A stretch of 63,717 bases of DNA, filler included. It is 4 parts of 4 records of this genome, joined end to end, with 100 filler letters (N's around TTAATTAATTAA, not from the genome) between each part and the next. Parts side by side here need not be neighbours in the genome. Positions count along the whole stretch, not along the records: positions 26,339 to 49,720 come from SRR22947725_9041; positions 49,821 to 63,717 come from SRR22947725_9042; 2 more parts are not named here. One strand, given 5' to 3'. The translations under genes and the position numbers were made by a program. Below the pieces are notes generated by a model. That model did not search any database. It was not told where the DNA came from and saw nothing but the letters and a program-made list of their open reading frames with translations. Shown here piece after piece: positions 39,646 to 49,857 of this stretch. The first letter of the stretch is position 1. Each line of letters begins with the position of its first letter.

Positions 39646-40851
39646 TTAGTCGCGGGTCGCCTCTGCCAGCACACGCGCCGCGGCCTCCAATCCCCCCTTA
39701 CCATGGGGAATATCTAAGGCCATCATGCCCGATTGGATGGCGCCAAGCGTTCCCATGATCATCTGCGCATTGACATGCCCCATATGCCCAATGCGGAAAA
39801 ACCCATCCGCGTTCGGATCGTCATCTGTGGCCATATTCAAGCCTATACCCAGCGTCAGACCGGCCTGATGCTCTGTCCAGCGGCGCAAATTCAGCCCATT
39901 GGGCGCGCCAATTGAAAGCGCCGTGACAGCGTGGCTGCGCAGAGCCGGATCGGCGATATTCATCGCCAATGGCCCGCCTTTACCCCAAGCCTCGCAAGCC
40001 GCCCAAACCGCCCGCGCAATCGCCTCATGCCGCGCCCAGACATGACGCAATTCTTCCTCGAGAATCATATCCAAAGCCTCCCGCAACCCCAGCAAATGCT
40101 GCGTTGGCGCAGTGCCGCAGAAATATTGATAAAAATACTCGGGATTTATGCGCGCATTCCAGTCCCAATATGAACTCACCCGTGCCATCGCATTGCGTGC
40201 CGCGGCAGCCTTATCAGAGAAAAACACAAAGGAAATGCCTGGCGGGGTCATCAAACCTTTTTGACAGGCTGTGACCATGAGATCGACGCCCCATTCATCC
40301 ATTAAAAACTTATCGCAGCCCAGGCTGGCGATACAATCCACCATGAGCAAAGCCCCATGCCCCGCAGCATCCAAACTGCGCCGCAGAGCGGCAATATCGT
40401 TGAGCACAGAGGTCGATGTGTCCACCTGGACCGCCATCACAGCTTTGATGCGGCCAGAGCGATCGGCGGCAAGATGGGCCTCGACCTGCGCCAAGTCAAT
40501 CGTCGCGCGATTGCCAAAATCCAAGGTTTCCACCGTGACCCCAAGCGCGCGGGCCATTTCGCCCCAGCCTTCGCAAAACCGTCCGGTTGCCAAGGCCAAG
40601 ACCGTATCGCCAGCGGCCAACACATTAGAGACAGCGGCCTCCCAAGCACCATGGCCATTGGCGATATAGATTGCCGCCTGCCCGGACGTGCTGGCCAGAT
40701 GTTTCAGATCGGGAATCAAACTATGGGTCAGCTCAATCAATCCGCCCTCATAGATATTTGGGCAGGGTTGATGCATCGCGCGCAAAACACGCTCGGGCAT
40801 GACCGAAGGGCCCGGGATGGCGAGATAGGAGCGGCCTTGGGACAGTGACAT
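39646..40851 (-). CDS. Class V aminotransferase (serine/alanine-glyoxylate type)
   Basis: IPGPS, VDCIASL, QKGLMTPPG and FRIGHMG motifs. Confidence 0.92.
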   Translation of the reverse strand: MSLSQGRSYLAIPGPSVMPERVLRAMHQPCPNIYEGGLIELTHSLIPDLKHLASTSGQAAIYIANGHGAWEAAVSNVLAAGDTVLALATGRFCEGWGEMARALGVTVETLDFGNRATIDLAQVEAHLAADRSGRIKAVMAVQVDTSTSVLNDIAALRRSLDAAGHGALLMVDCIASLGCDKFLMDEWGVDLMVTACQKGLMTPPGISFVFFSDKAAAARNAMARVSSYWDWNARINPEYFYQYFCGTAPTQHLLGLREALDMILEEELRHVWARHEAIARAVWAACEAWGKGGPLAMNIADPALRSHAVTALSIGAPNGLNLRRWTEHQAGLTLGIGLNMATDDDPNADGFFRIGHMGHVNAQMIMGTLGAIQSGMMALDIPHGKGGLEAAARVLAEATRD

Positions 40852-40954
40852 ATAATTTCACCTCGATTATGATGGCTTATCGGTATTCGCGGTTTACTGC
40901 CGCGTCAAGCTGCCGTCCCTTGCAGCAACTCAAACAAAGCACTAACAGGCGCCT

Positions 40955-42724
40955 ATGGACATGAAATCATCTTCCCCAAAAGACATAAAGCAAGGCGCCT
41001 TGTTCCTTTGGCTCTGGCGCGAATATCTGCGACGCCATATGTGGGTCTTGGCGATTATCGTCGTGTTGATGATGATCGAAGGCAGCATGGTGGGCGGGCT
41101 TGCATGGATGATGCAGCCTCTATTTGACGGGGTCTTCGCTGGCGGCAGCAAAAGCCAACTGTGGTTGGTGGGCGGTATTGTCTTGGGTTTATTTTTGATC
41201 CGAGGCGTGCTCTCCGTCGTACATCGAGTGCTCATGACGAAAATTGCCAAGCAATCCGTAGCCGATTTGCAAAATGATTTGCTGCGCCACTTGCTGCACT
41301 TAGATCTCAGCTTTTTCTCCCGCTATGCACCGGGATATTTGATGGAGCGGGTCAACGGCGATGTGCAGGCGGTGGCGGGAATATGGGCGCTTTTGGTGCG
41401 CGGCGCGGCCCGCGATCTCATCGGGCTGATATCGCTTTTTGCGGTCATGCTCTCAATAGATTGGTTCTGGACCTTTGCGGCATTGATCGGCGCGCCCTTG
41501 CTATTGTTCCCTTCGCTTGTCGCGCAACGCTACACGCGCAAACAGGCCGTGAAAGCCCGAGAAGTCGCCGGCACTATGGCCACGCGCCTCAATGAAGCTT
41601 TCCACGGCGTGGGAACGATTAAGCTCAATGGTTTGGAGCGCTACTACACCGACCGCTATCGTGCCCTAACGAAACGGCAGATTGAAGTAGAGATCAAAAC
41701 TCTCTTTGGCACGGCCGTAATCCCCTCACTGGTGGATGTGATGAGTGGCATCGGTTTTGCCTGCGTAATCATTTACGGCGGCTATGAAATCATCAGCGGT
41801 GCCAAAACGGTCGGGCAATTCATGGCCTTCTTCAGCGCATTAGGATTGGCATTTGAACCGCTGCGCCGCTTGGCCGGCATCTCTGGGCTGATCAATGCTG
41901 CCTCTGTATCCATCCAAAGAATGCGAGATATTTTCAACCATCAGCCAACGCTGCTCGGCCCGGATCATCCAAAACCCGTTCAGCCCTTTGGCGATATTGA
42001 GTTCAAGAACGTCAGTTTAGAGTTTGGCGAAACGCCCGTGCTGCGCGACGTCTCCTTCCGCGCGCCTGCTGGGAAAACCACTGCAATTGTCGGGGCCTCA
42101 GGCGCGGGCAAGACAACGATTTTCAATGCGCTCACCCGGCTTTACGCCCATAGCGCGGGTGAGATCACAATCTCCGGCCTTGCAAATACAGACATCGATC
42201 CCAGCGCCCTTCGGGCCTGTATCTCAGTGGTGTCGCAAGACAGCCTGCTGTTTGATGAAACCCTTGGGGAAAACATCATACTTGATGCGCACGAAATCGA
42301 TCCATCGAAACTCAATGAGGTGATCTCAGCAGCACATGTTGCCGATTTCCTGCCCAGTTTGGCCCAAGGCATGGACACCGAAGTTGGGCCACGCGGCACA
42401 AATCTGTCCGGCGGGCAGCGTCAACGAGTCGCCATCGCGCGCGCGCTTCTGCGCGATACGCCCATTTTACTGTTGGATGAGGCCACCTCAGCGCTTGACA
42501 CCCAATCAGAAGTTCTTGTGCAAGACGCATTAGAAAAACTCTCCGCAAACCGCACCACTTTGGTCATCGCCCACCGCCTGTCGACCATTGTCTCTGCCGA
42601 TCATATCATCGTTATGGACAAAGGCCGGGTGATTGAGCGCGGCACCCATGCAGAGCTGATTGCGGCTGGTGGACATTATTCGGACCTCTGCCGCTTGCAA
42701 TTTGATCACTCGGAGAGCCAGTAG
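40955..42724 (+). CDS. ABC exporter, fused TMD-NBD (MsbA-like)
   Basis: 6 TMs; GASGAGKT, LSGGQRQR, LLLDEATSALD, IAHRLST. Confidence 0.92.
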   Translation: MDMKSSSPKDIKQGALFLWLWREYLRRHMWVLAIIVVLMMIEGSMVGGLAWMMQPLFDGVFAGGSKSQLWLVGGIVLGLFLIRGVLSVVHRVLMTKIAKQSVADLQNDLLRHLLHLDLSFFSRYAPGYLMERVNGDVQAVAGIWALLVRGAARDLIGLISLFAVMLSIDWFWTFAALIGAPLLLFPSLVAQRYTRKQAVKAREVAGTMATRLNEAFHGVGTIKLNGLERYYTDRYRALTKRQIEVEIKTLFGTAVIPSLVDVMSGIGFACVIIYGGYEIISGAKTVGQFMAFFSALGLAFEPLRRLAGISGLINAASVSIQRMRDIFNHQPTLLGPDHPKPVQPFGDIEFKNVSLEFGETPVLRDVSFRAPAGKTTAIVGASGAGKTTIFNALTRLYAHSAGEITISGLANTDIDPSALRACISVVSQDSLLFDETLGENIILDAHEIDPSKLNEVISAAHVADFLPSLAQGMDTEVGPRGTNLSGGQRQRVAIARALLRDTPILLLDEATSALDTQSEVLVQDALEKLSANRTTLVIAHRLSTIVSADHIIVMDKGRVIERGTHAELIAAGGHYSDLCRLQFDHSESQ

Positions 42725-42779
42725 GGCCGGCGGCGGCGGCGTCTTTTATCTGGCGCAATGCAGGAGGTGAAGGCCTTTG

Positions 42780-43457
42780 CTACGGCTTGCGATACCGCCG
42801 CGCTAAATCGTCGGGATTGGCACCCAAGACATATCGCAACAAAAGGCCAAGGTTCTTCGCCCCACGGCGCAACCACCCCTGCTGCTGATATTTGTCGGCG
42901 CGCGTGAAGGCATGGGCTGGCAGTCGGTGGATTTTCCCCTTTAAGGCCCGCACCAGCGCCACATCTTCCATCAGCGGCTGATCTGGATAGCCTCCCGACC
43001 GGTCATAATCACTCCGGCGCAGGACGAGCCCCTGATCCCCGTAAGGAAGACCGAAAAGGTCACTGCGCAAATTCGCCCAAGCTGCCACCCATCGGGCCGC
43101 AAAACCTCTGGCACGGAAGGCCAGTGAAAAACACAAAGGGCCTTGCTGCATAGCGGCTTTTACCTGCGCGGCCCAGCCCTCCTGCAAGATCGTATCCGCA
43201 TGCAAGACCATCACCCATGCGCCGCGCGTGGCCGCCACCCCGCGGCGCAATTGCCCGCCGCGCGAGGCGGCACCGGTCACAATCTCCGCGCCCCAGGCCA
43301 AGGCGATAGCACCGCTGGCATCTGTCGATCCACCATCGGAGACAACCACCTCACAGATCAATCCAGCATCCAATCCCTCCATCAACGACAAAAGGGTCGC
43401 CGGCAGGCTGTTGGCAGAATTAAGCGTTGGTATAACAACGGAAATCGGTGCAGACAT
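42780..43457 (-). CDS. GT2 glycosyltransferase (TIGR04283-like)
   Basis: ISVVIPTLN, SDGGSTD, LHADT, LPYGDQG and PLMEDV motifs; real start ATG 43457. Confidence 0.85.
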   Translation of the reverse strand: MSAPISVVIPTLNSANSLPATLLSLMEGLDAGLICEVVVSDGGSTDASGAIALAWGAEIVTGAASRGGQLRRGVAATRGAWVMVLHADTILQEGWAAQVKAAMQQGPLCFSLAFRARGFAARWVAAWANLRSDLFGLPYGDQGLVLRRSDYDRSGGYPDQPLMEDVALVRALKGKIHRLPAHAFTRADKYQQQGWLRRGAKNLGLLLRYVLGANPDDLARRYRKP

Positions 43458-43517
43458 GAGGCCTCTGGCTTTGCGGTCAAAACAGCTTATATGGAAAACA
43501 CAGACAAAGGAATACCC

Positions 43518-44249
43518 ATGGCACAGCCCGAACAGCCCCGCAGCATTCTTCAAGTCACCGGTGCTGACCGGACCTTCTTTTTGCAAAATCTTGTGACCAA
43601 TGACGTCTCCGCACCCGGATTGCATTACACCGCGTTGTTGACACCACAGGGCAAATATCTTGCAGATTTCTTCGTGTTGCAGCGGCCAGATGATCTGCTC
43701 ATCGACGTGGCCACAGAGATTTGCTCCGGCCTTAACATGCGCCTCAATATGTACCGCCTGCGCGCAGATGTTCAAATTGCCGAAGTGAATATCGACCTAT
43801 GCTGCGGATTGGGCACCCTCCCGCCGGATGGATTTGCCGATCCGCGTGATCCCAATTTGGGCTGGCGCGCCTACGGGCGGCAAGAGGCAGGTGTCATCGA
43901 TTGGCCAGCCTTGCGCGTGGCGCATATCATTCCTGAAACCGGAATAGAGCTAACTCCAGACCGCTTTATCCTAGAAATGGATTTCGAGCGTCTCAACGGG
44001 GTGGATTTCAAAAAAGGCTGCTATGTCGGACAAGAAATCGTTGCGCGCATGAAACATAAAACCGAGCTCCGCAAAGGCCTGCGGCAAGTGAAGATCTCAG
44101 GATCAGCACCGATTGGCACTGCCATTCTTGCCAATGAAAAACCCGCCGGCGTGTTATATACACAGCAGGGCGGGCTTGCATTGGCCTACCTGCGCTTTGA
44201 TCGCATCGCCCCTGAGATGGTAGCGGGCTTTGCGATCATCACCCCTTAG
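43518..44249 (+). CDS. ygfZ: Folate-binding Fe-S cluster repair protein YgfZ
   Basis: [16 protein letters not shown] and KGCYVGQE signature; AAGGA RBS before ATG 43518. Confidence 0.92.
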   Translation: MAQPEQPRSILQVTGADRTFFLQNLVTNDVSAPGLHYTALLTPQGKYLADFFVLQRPDDLLIDVATEICSGLNMRLNMYRLRADVQIAEVNIDLCCGLGTLPPDGFADPRDPNLGWRAYGRQEAGVIDWPALRVAHIIPETGIELTPDRFILEMDFERLNGVDFKKGCYVGQEIVARMKHKTELRKGLRQVKISGSAPIGTAILANEKPAGVLYTQQGGLALAYLRFDRIAPEMVAGFAIITP

Positions 44250-44809
44250 GCCCGTTCTGTGTATTCCATCGAAATCGTGTCTACGATGATCAACTCATCC
44301 TGCCCCACGAAGGGCGGCACCATAACTTTCAATCCATTGTCTAAAACAGCAGGCTTAAAGGAATTGGCCGCAGTTTGACCTTTGACCACAGGCTCTGTCT
44401 CAACGATTTTGCACGTCACCTTTTGCGGCAGTGTGGCATGAAGCGCTTCGGCCTCATGATATTCAATCTGGACGGTCATCCCGTCTTGTAAAAACGGACG
44501 GCGATCACCAAGCAGCTCCGCCGGCAGCTCGATTTGGTCATAGGTTTCCATATCCATAAACACCAACATGCCGTCATTTTCGTACAAAAACTGCTGATCC
44601 TTTTGCTCCAAACGTACCTTTTCCACTTTGTCAGCGGAGCGGAATCGCTCGTTTAATTTCGATCCATTGCGCAGATTGCGCATCTCAACCTGAGCAAAAG
44701 CCCCGCCTTTTCCGGGCTTTACGTGATCGACCTTCACTGCGCTCCAGAGGCCGCCATTGTGCTCAAGCACATTGCCGATTCGTATTTCATTTCCGTTAAT
44801 CTTTGGCAT
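44246..44809 (-). CDS. efp: Elongation factor P
   Basis: [10 protein letters not shown] loop; [12 protein letters not shown]. Confidence 0.97.
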   Translation of the reverse strand: MPKINGNEIRIGNVLEHNGGLWSAVKVDHVKPGKGGAFAQVEMRNLRNGSKLNERFRSADKVEKVRLEQKDQQFLYENDGMLVFMDMETYDQIELPAELLGDRRPFLQDGMTVQIEYHEAEALHATLPQKVTCKIVETEPVVKGQTAANSFKPAVLDNGLKVMVPPFVGQDELIIVDTISMEYTERA

Positions 44810-45025
44810 GTATTAAGACCTTGAGTAAAAGGTTGAATTTGATTTAACACCGCCTATATCGAAGCGAGGGTGCGGTTTCAAGCCAAGACTGAGGCCGCGG
44901 TTGGAAGCTAAGCTATGCGTTAGGTGCATGGCAGATATTCCGAAAGAGACCACCCGAATCGTTTTCGATGCTGCATAAGGAACGCAGATCGAAAAGTTCA
45001 AGAGTAAGAATTAAAAGGACACGAG

Positions 45026-45337
45026 ATGAAAGATTTCGTCGACGGAAACGCCTTTAACAACGAACAGGGCAACCGTGCCCGCAAACTCTTTGCTGCCGTT
45101 GTCTTGGCTGCATTAGATGACGCGATTGCGGACGATAAGAAATATGGCAACGGGCCTGAGCAGATTGCACGTTGGGCCCGCTCTCGCGATGGGCGCGAAG
45201 TGCTCTCCTGCGCCGGCATTGATCCCAACGAACGTGTGGTCTCTGGCCTCATGGATTTCGTCGGAAAAGGCATCCGCACCTCCGTGGCTCTGAGCCGCGA
45301 AGAGAGCGAGCGCCGCCAGCAGGCAGAAGCTGCATAA
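45026..45337 (+). CDS. Conserved Rhodobacteraceae small protein (DUF6280-like)
   Basis: RBS AAAGGA; recalled family sequence RARKLFAAVVLAALDDAIADD; followed by a terminator hairpin. Confidence 0.75.
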   Translation: MKDFVDGNAFNNEQGNRARKLFAAVVLAALDDAIADDKKYGNGPEQIARWARSRDGREVLSCAGIDPNERVVSGLMDFVGKGIRTSVALSREESERRQQAEAA

Positions 45338-45361
45338 AACCACTTAAGGGTTTTGACCGCC

Positions 45362-45385
45362 AACGCGCCCACAGGGGCGCGTTTT
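45362..45385 (+). terminator. Intrinsic terminator
   Basis: AACGCGCCC-ACAG-GGGCGCGTT followed by a T-rich tract. Confidence 0.7.
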
Positions 45386-45535
45386 GCGTTTCGGCGATCA
45401 TAGTGCCAAAAAAGGCAAAAAAATGCCGCATTTAAATGGCCCATGCTCAAACCGCTGCCTATGCTTTGAGCGTGTTAGAACCGCCAAAGCAGTATCCATT
45501 TTGGCCGAACATGCTCAGGCCCCAGGGAGAGCCGT

Positions 45536-46993
45536 ATGACCAAAGCGATTATGATACAGGGCGCCGGATCTAATGTCGGAAAATCCATCTTAGTGGCAGG
45601 GATCTGCCGCGCCTTGGTCAAGCGCGGCCATCACCCGGCGCCGTTCAAGCCGCAAAATATGTCGAACAATGCCGCTGTCACCGTTGACGGTGGCGAGATT
45701 GGCCGCGCGCAGGCGCTGCAAGCCCTTGCCTGCGGACGGTCCGCCATCGTCGATATGAACCCGGTGCTGTTAAAACCCGAGTCTGAGATTGGGGCGCAGG
45801 TGGTGGTTCAAGGCCAAAGGCTCACCACTGTCAAAGCCCGAGACTATGCAGCACTCAAACCCACTTTAATGCCACGGGTGCTCGACTCCTTTCACCGCCT
45901 GGCCAAAAGCGCAGATTTTGTCGTCATAGAGGGGGCCGGAAGCCCGGCTGAAATCAACCTGCGCTCCGGGGATATTGCCAATATGGGTTTCGCAGAGGCC
46001 GCCGATGTTCCAGTGATCTTGATTGGTGACATTGACCGTGGTGGGGTGATTGCACAAATGGTCGGAACCCATGCGGTTCTGCCGACCCAAGATCGCAACA
46101 GGATCACGGGTTTTGCAATCAATAAGTTTCGAGGGGATGTGTCACTCTTTGATGAGGGCATGACCGCCATCGCCGAGCATACCGGATGGGCTTCACTCGG
46201 CGTATTGCCATGGTTTGCCGAGGCCTGGAAACTGCCGGCCGAAGATGTGATGGATATTGCAACACGGGCCGGTGGCGCCATCAAAATCGCTGTGCCGCGT
46301 TTGGCGCGTATCTCCAATTTCGATGATCTCGACCCATTGGTTGCCGAGCCCAATGTGACCGTCGAAATCATTGAACAGGGTCAGCCATTGCCGGGTGACG
46401 CATCACTCGTGATCCTGCCCGGCAGCAAATCCACCATCAGTGATCTGGAAAGCTTCCGTGCCAATGGCTGGGATATTGATCTGCAGGCGCATCACCGTCG
46501 CGGCGGTCAAATCATCGGCATTTGTGGCGGTTATCAAATGCTGGGGCGCAAAGTGCATGACCCAGACGGAATAGAAGGCGCGCCGCGCTCCATCGATGGG
46601 TTGGGCTATTTGAATATTGAAACCACAATGAGTCCCAAGAAAAACCTATCCTTGACCGAAGCGCATAGCGCCGAAACCAACACACCCGTGCGCGGCTATG
46701 AGATTCACCTCGGCCAGAGCAGCGGAGCGGATTGCCAAAACCCATGGCTCAAGCTCGCAAATCGGCATGAGGGAGCGATTTCTGCTGATGGTCAGGTGCG
46801 CGGCTGTTATTTGCACGGTCTTTTTGCCTCTGATGGCTTTCGATCAGAGGTCTTGACCATGCTCGGCACCCAATCGCAGCTCACCTCCTATGATGCGGCT
46901 GTGGAGGACACTTTGGATCGACTTGCCGCCTTTATAGAGCAGCATCTCAATGTCGATGCTTTGATCGCTTTAGCAAGACCCATCGCGCCTTAG
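45536..46993 (+). CDS. cobQ: Cobyric acid synthase
   Basis: FKPQNMSNN, EGAGSPAEINL, DIDRGG, GICGGYQMLG and YLHG motifs. Confidence 0.96.
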   Translation: MTKAIMIQGAGSNVGKSILVAGICRALVKRGHHPAPFKPQNMSNNAAVTVDGGEIGRAQALQALACGRSAIVDMNPVLLKPESEIGAQVVVQGQRLTTVKARDYAALKPTLMPRVLDSFHRLAKSADFVVIEGAGSPAEINLRSGDIANMGFAEAADVPVILIGDIDRGGVIAQMVGTHAVLPTQDRNRITGFAINKFRGDVSLFDEGMTAIAEHTGWASLGVLPWFAEAWKLPAEDVMDIATRAGGAIKIAVPRLARISNFDDLDPLVAEPNVTVEIIEQGQPLPGDASLVILPGSKSTISDLESFRANGWDIDLQAHHRRGGQIIGICGGYQMLGRKVHDPDGIEGAPRSIDGLGYLNIETTMSPKKNLSLTEAHSAETNTPVRGYEIHLGQSSGADCQNPWLKLANRHEGAISADGQVRGCYLHGLFASDGFRSEVLTMLGTQSQLTSYDAAVEDTLDRLAAFIEQHLNVDALIALARPIAP

Positions 46994-47026
46994 ACGCCGC
47001 AGCGCATGACGCGGTTTAAGCCAATG

Positions 47027-47374
47027 TCAGGGATCACGATCATCAATCATAGTTCGAACAGCGCTCGACACTTCGTCGCGCATAGGACCGGCCAGGGCGC
47101 GGCGGAGGTTGGCAATGACCTCCAAATATTCGGGATCATGTGACAGCGGCGCAGCGGGTTTGGGCGGCTCTTGCTCCGCTTGATCCGCGCTGGCACCATC
47201 AGCGCGTGTCAGCACCATAGGCTCCAAGGACGGCGTCACCACCCGCTGGCTGGCTTGCAAGACCAAAGGGGCGACCACCCCAGAGCCCTCATCCGGGACA
47301 GCGGCATCCGAAATTAACCTGCGCACGGACAGAACCAAAGCGTCTGGCATAGGATAGTCGTCCTTACGGGTCAC
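47027..47374 (-). CDS. Small PopZ-like protein
   Basis: Third gene of pcm-tolC-X; N-terminal helix LVLSVRRLISD, Pro/acidic linker, C-terminal helices; AGGAGG RBS before GTG. Confidence 0.5.
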   Translation of the reverse strand: MTRKDDYPMPDALVLSVRRLISDAAVPDEGSGVVAPLVLQASQRVVTPSLEPMVLTRADGASADQAEQEPPKPAAPLSHDPEYLEVIANLRRALAGPMRDEVSSAVRTMIDDRDP

Positions 47375-47424
47375 AGCACCTCCTGTTCACCAGGGCTTGC
47401 CCATAACAGGCGCAGCAGCCCGGT

Positions 47425-48816
47425 TCAATTTCCCGCCAGGCCTTGCAGCACGCGATCCAACGCCGCGCCCTGCTTGCTTTTGGCGCGCGGTGCCGATTTT
47501 ACCAGATTGTAATATTCCGCCGGGTCATAGGTTTTCACCCCGAGATCAAGCTCTGTTGCCGTTAATTTTCCCATTGCGGCGAGCAGACTATAACTCGCGA
47601 TCTGCTCATCTATTCGTGTTGAAATGCGGCTCACGCGCGCATCCAGCAGCTCTTGCTCAGCATTTAGCACGTCCAAAGTTGTCCGTGCTCCTAAAGAGGC
47701 TTCTTCGCGCACACCGCGAAAGGCCACGCTGGCCGCCTCAATTTGCCGATCCGTCGCCGTGCCCTTGGCCCGCGCCACCTCTAGCACAACAAAGGCGTTG
47801 CGCACTTCCTGCTCAACCTCAAGCCCCGCAACATGCAGCCCTGCCCGCTTTGCGTCTCGTTGTGCCATCGCGGCACGGCTGGCCGAGGCGATGGCGCCGC
47901 TGCTGTAAACTGGTCCGCTGACGGTCAAACTCAGGTTGCGTGTCAAAGAGCTGTCGAGATCCACGTTAGAGAGCCCTGCACCCGCTTCAAACTTTGGACG
48001 ATAAGCCTGCTGCGCGACCTTTAACGCAAACTCAGCCGCCGCCACCTCATATTGTACGCGTTTGAGGTTCGGGTGATGGGCCCGGGCGGTGGCAATGGCC
48101 GCAGACGCGTCTTTTGGCAATTTGGGCAGGCTAGAAGGGGTTACAAGATCACCAGGCTTGCGGCCCACAACCGCATGATATTCCGCTGCAGCCTTCGCCA
48201 AATCGCCTTGTGCCCCCGCAAGCGCCGCGCGCGCACTTGCCAAACGCGCCTCCGCCAATGCCACATCGGTTCGCGTGACCTCGCCCACTTCGAACCGATC
48301 TTGAGCGGCGCGCAATTCTTGTTCAATCAATTCCACATTGGCCGATCGCAGTGACACAAATTCGACCGACCGACGGTAATTCATATGCGCCGTCACAGCA
48401 CGCAAAAGCACATTTTGCTCAATCGACACCAATGATTCCCGGGTCGCCAAAACGGTTTTTTCCAGCGCGTCGGTCTGCAAATCAGAACTGCCAAAATCAT
48501 AGAGCAGCCATTTGGCGTTCAGACTTGTGGTCACACTGTCGCTATTGGCCACGTCATTGTAACTGTGAGAAAATTTTGAGCTCCAGCTGATGACCGGACG
48601 CAAAGCGGCCACAGCGCCAGCAACTTTTTCATCCGCAGCGCGTAACAAGGCGCGATTTTGCACCAATAGACCGCTGTTTTGATAGGCATTGCGCAGGCTG
48701 TCCCGCAGGCTTTCGGCCGCAGTCAAGTTGGGTGTCGCCAAAATCAAAATGGCCGCACAGCTGAATTCAGTGAATTTTCGTCCAAACATTTGTGCCCCCC
48801 TAGGCAAAAGAATCAT
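47425..48816 (-). CDS. tolC: TolC-family outer-membrane channel
   Basis: RFEVGEVTRTDVALAEARL and LGARTTLDVLNAEQEL motifs; signal peptide. Confidence 0.92.
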   Translation of the reverse strand: MILLPRGAQMFGRKFTEFSCAAILILATPNLTAAESLRDSLRNAYQNSGLLVQNRALLRAADEKVAGAVAALRPVISWSSKFSHSYNDVANSDSVTTSLNAKWLLYDFGSSDLQTDALEKTVLATRESLVSIEQNVLLRAVTAHMNYRRSVEFVSLRSANVELIEQELRAAQDRFEVGEVTRTDVALAEARLASARAALAGAQGDLAKAAAEYHAVVGRKPGDLVTPSSLPKLPKDASAAIATARAHHPNLKRVQYEVAAAEFALKVAQQAYRPKFEAGAGLSNVDLDSSLTRNLSLTVSGPVYSSGAIASASRAAMAQRDAKRAGLHVAGLEVEQEVRNAFVVLEVARAKGTATDRQIEAASVAFRGVREEASLGARTTLDVLNAEQELLDARVSRISTRIDEQIASYSLLAAMGKLTATELDLGVKTYDPAEYYNLVKSAPRAKSKQGAALDRVLQGLAGN

Positions 48817-48824
48817 TTCAATTT

Positions 48825-49478
48825 CTAAAGCGCAAAACTCCGCTCTGTCACAAATCCATTCAAGACGGGCGCAAAGGCATTACAAGCAAAACGCCACGAC
48901 ATCTGGCCGTCGGTCTTATATCCCACTCGAACCACACCCTGGCCTTTTTGGCTAAAGACCGCAACAATGCGTCCCCCTTCAGCCAATTGCGCGATCAGGG
49001 GTTCTGGTATGTGCTCGACCGCCCCTTGTACGACAATCACGTCAAACGGAGCGTGTTGCGCAGCGCCTTCGGTCAAAATACCCTGCACGACCGCGACATT
49101 CAAACAGCCCTCAGTGGCCAAATTCGTCTCCGCCTCAGCGGCCATAGCTTCATTTTCTTCAATAGCAACAACAGCTTCCGAGAACTTTCCAATCACAGCA
49201 GAGGAATAGCCAAGACCGCAACCGAGATCCAAAACCAACTCATTGCCTTGAATATCCACAGCATCAAGCATTTTGGCAAAGGTGCGCGGCTCAAGGATCA
49301 TGCGGCCATGGCCCAAATCCAAAATCGCATCCGCATAGGCTGTTTCGCGTAGGGTATCGGGCACGAAGACCTCGCGCCGCACTTGAAGCATGGCGTCAAT
49401 AATGGGAAATTTCGTCACATCCGCCGGTCTAATCTGCGTATCAACCATCGTTGTCCGGCGAGTCAAAAAGTCAGTCAT
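48825..49478 (-). CDS. pcm: Protein-L-isoaspartate O-methyltransferase-like
   Basis: MVDTQIRP, VLDLGCGLGYS and QLAEGGR motifs; directly upstream of tolC. Confidence 0.9.
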   Translation of the reverse strand: MTDFLTRRTTMVDTQIRPADVTKFPIIDAMLQVRREVFVPDTLRETAYADAILDLGHGRMILEPRTFAKMLDAVDIQGNELVLDLGCGLGYSSAVIGKFSEAVVAIEENEAMAAEAETNLATEGCLNVAVVQGILTEGAAQHAPFDVIVVQGAVEHIPEPLIAQLAEGGRIVAVFSQKGQGVVRVGYKTDGQMSWRFACNAFAPVLNGFVTERSFAL

Positions 49479-49662
49479 GTCAGGTATTCCTGTCGTCAAA
49501 GAGTCTCGCAGTTATCCCACATGCGCCATTGCCCTGCAACGACAAGAACAACCATTGGACAAAATCTCGCGTGGATTTTTCGATAATAATAAGAATGTCT
49601 TTTCGACAGGTAAATGGCGCACGTCCGGCACGATCGATTTTAGATGTGATCGGGTGATGAAA

Positions 49663-49720
<58 letters not shown>

Positions 49721-49820
49721 NNNNNNNNNNNNNNNNNNNNNNNNNNNNNNNNNNNNNNNNNNNNTTAATTAATTAANNNNNNNNNNNNNNNNNNNNNNNN
49801 NNNNNNNNNNNNNNNNNNNN
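49721..49820. other. Artificial contig spacer
   Basis: N44-TTAATTAATTAA-N44. Confidence 0.99.
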
Positions 49821-49850
49821 TGACTCCCGCTGACTCCCGCTGACTCCCGC
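49821..49850 (+). repeat. 10-bp tandem repeat (TGACTCCCGC)x3 at contig start
   Basis: Read directly. Confidence 0.9.
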
Positions 49851-49857
49851 AGTTAAT

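Noticed and set aside
43143..43775. Apparent long overlap between the GT2 and YgfZ ORFs
   Set aside because: Artefact of upstream alternative starts; real starts are 43457 and 43518.
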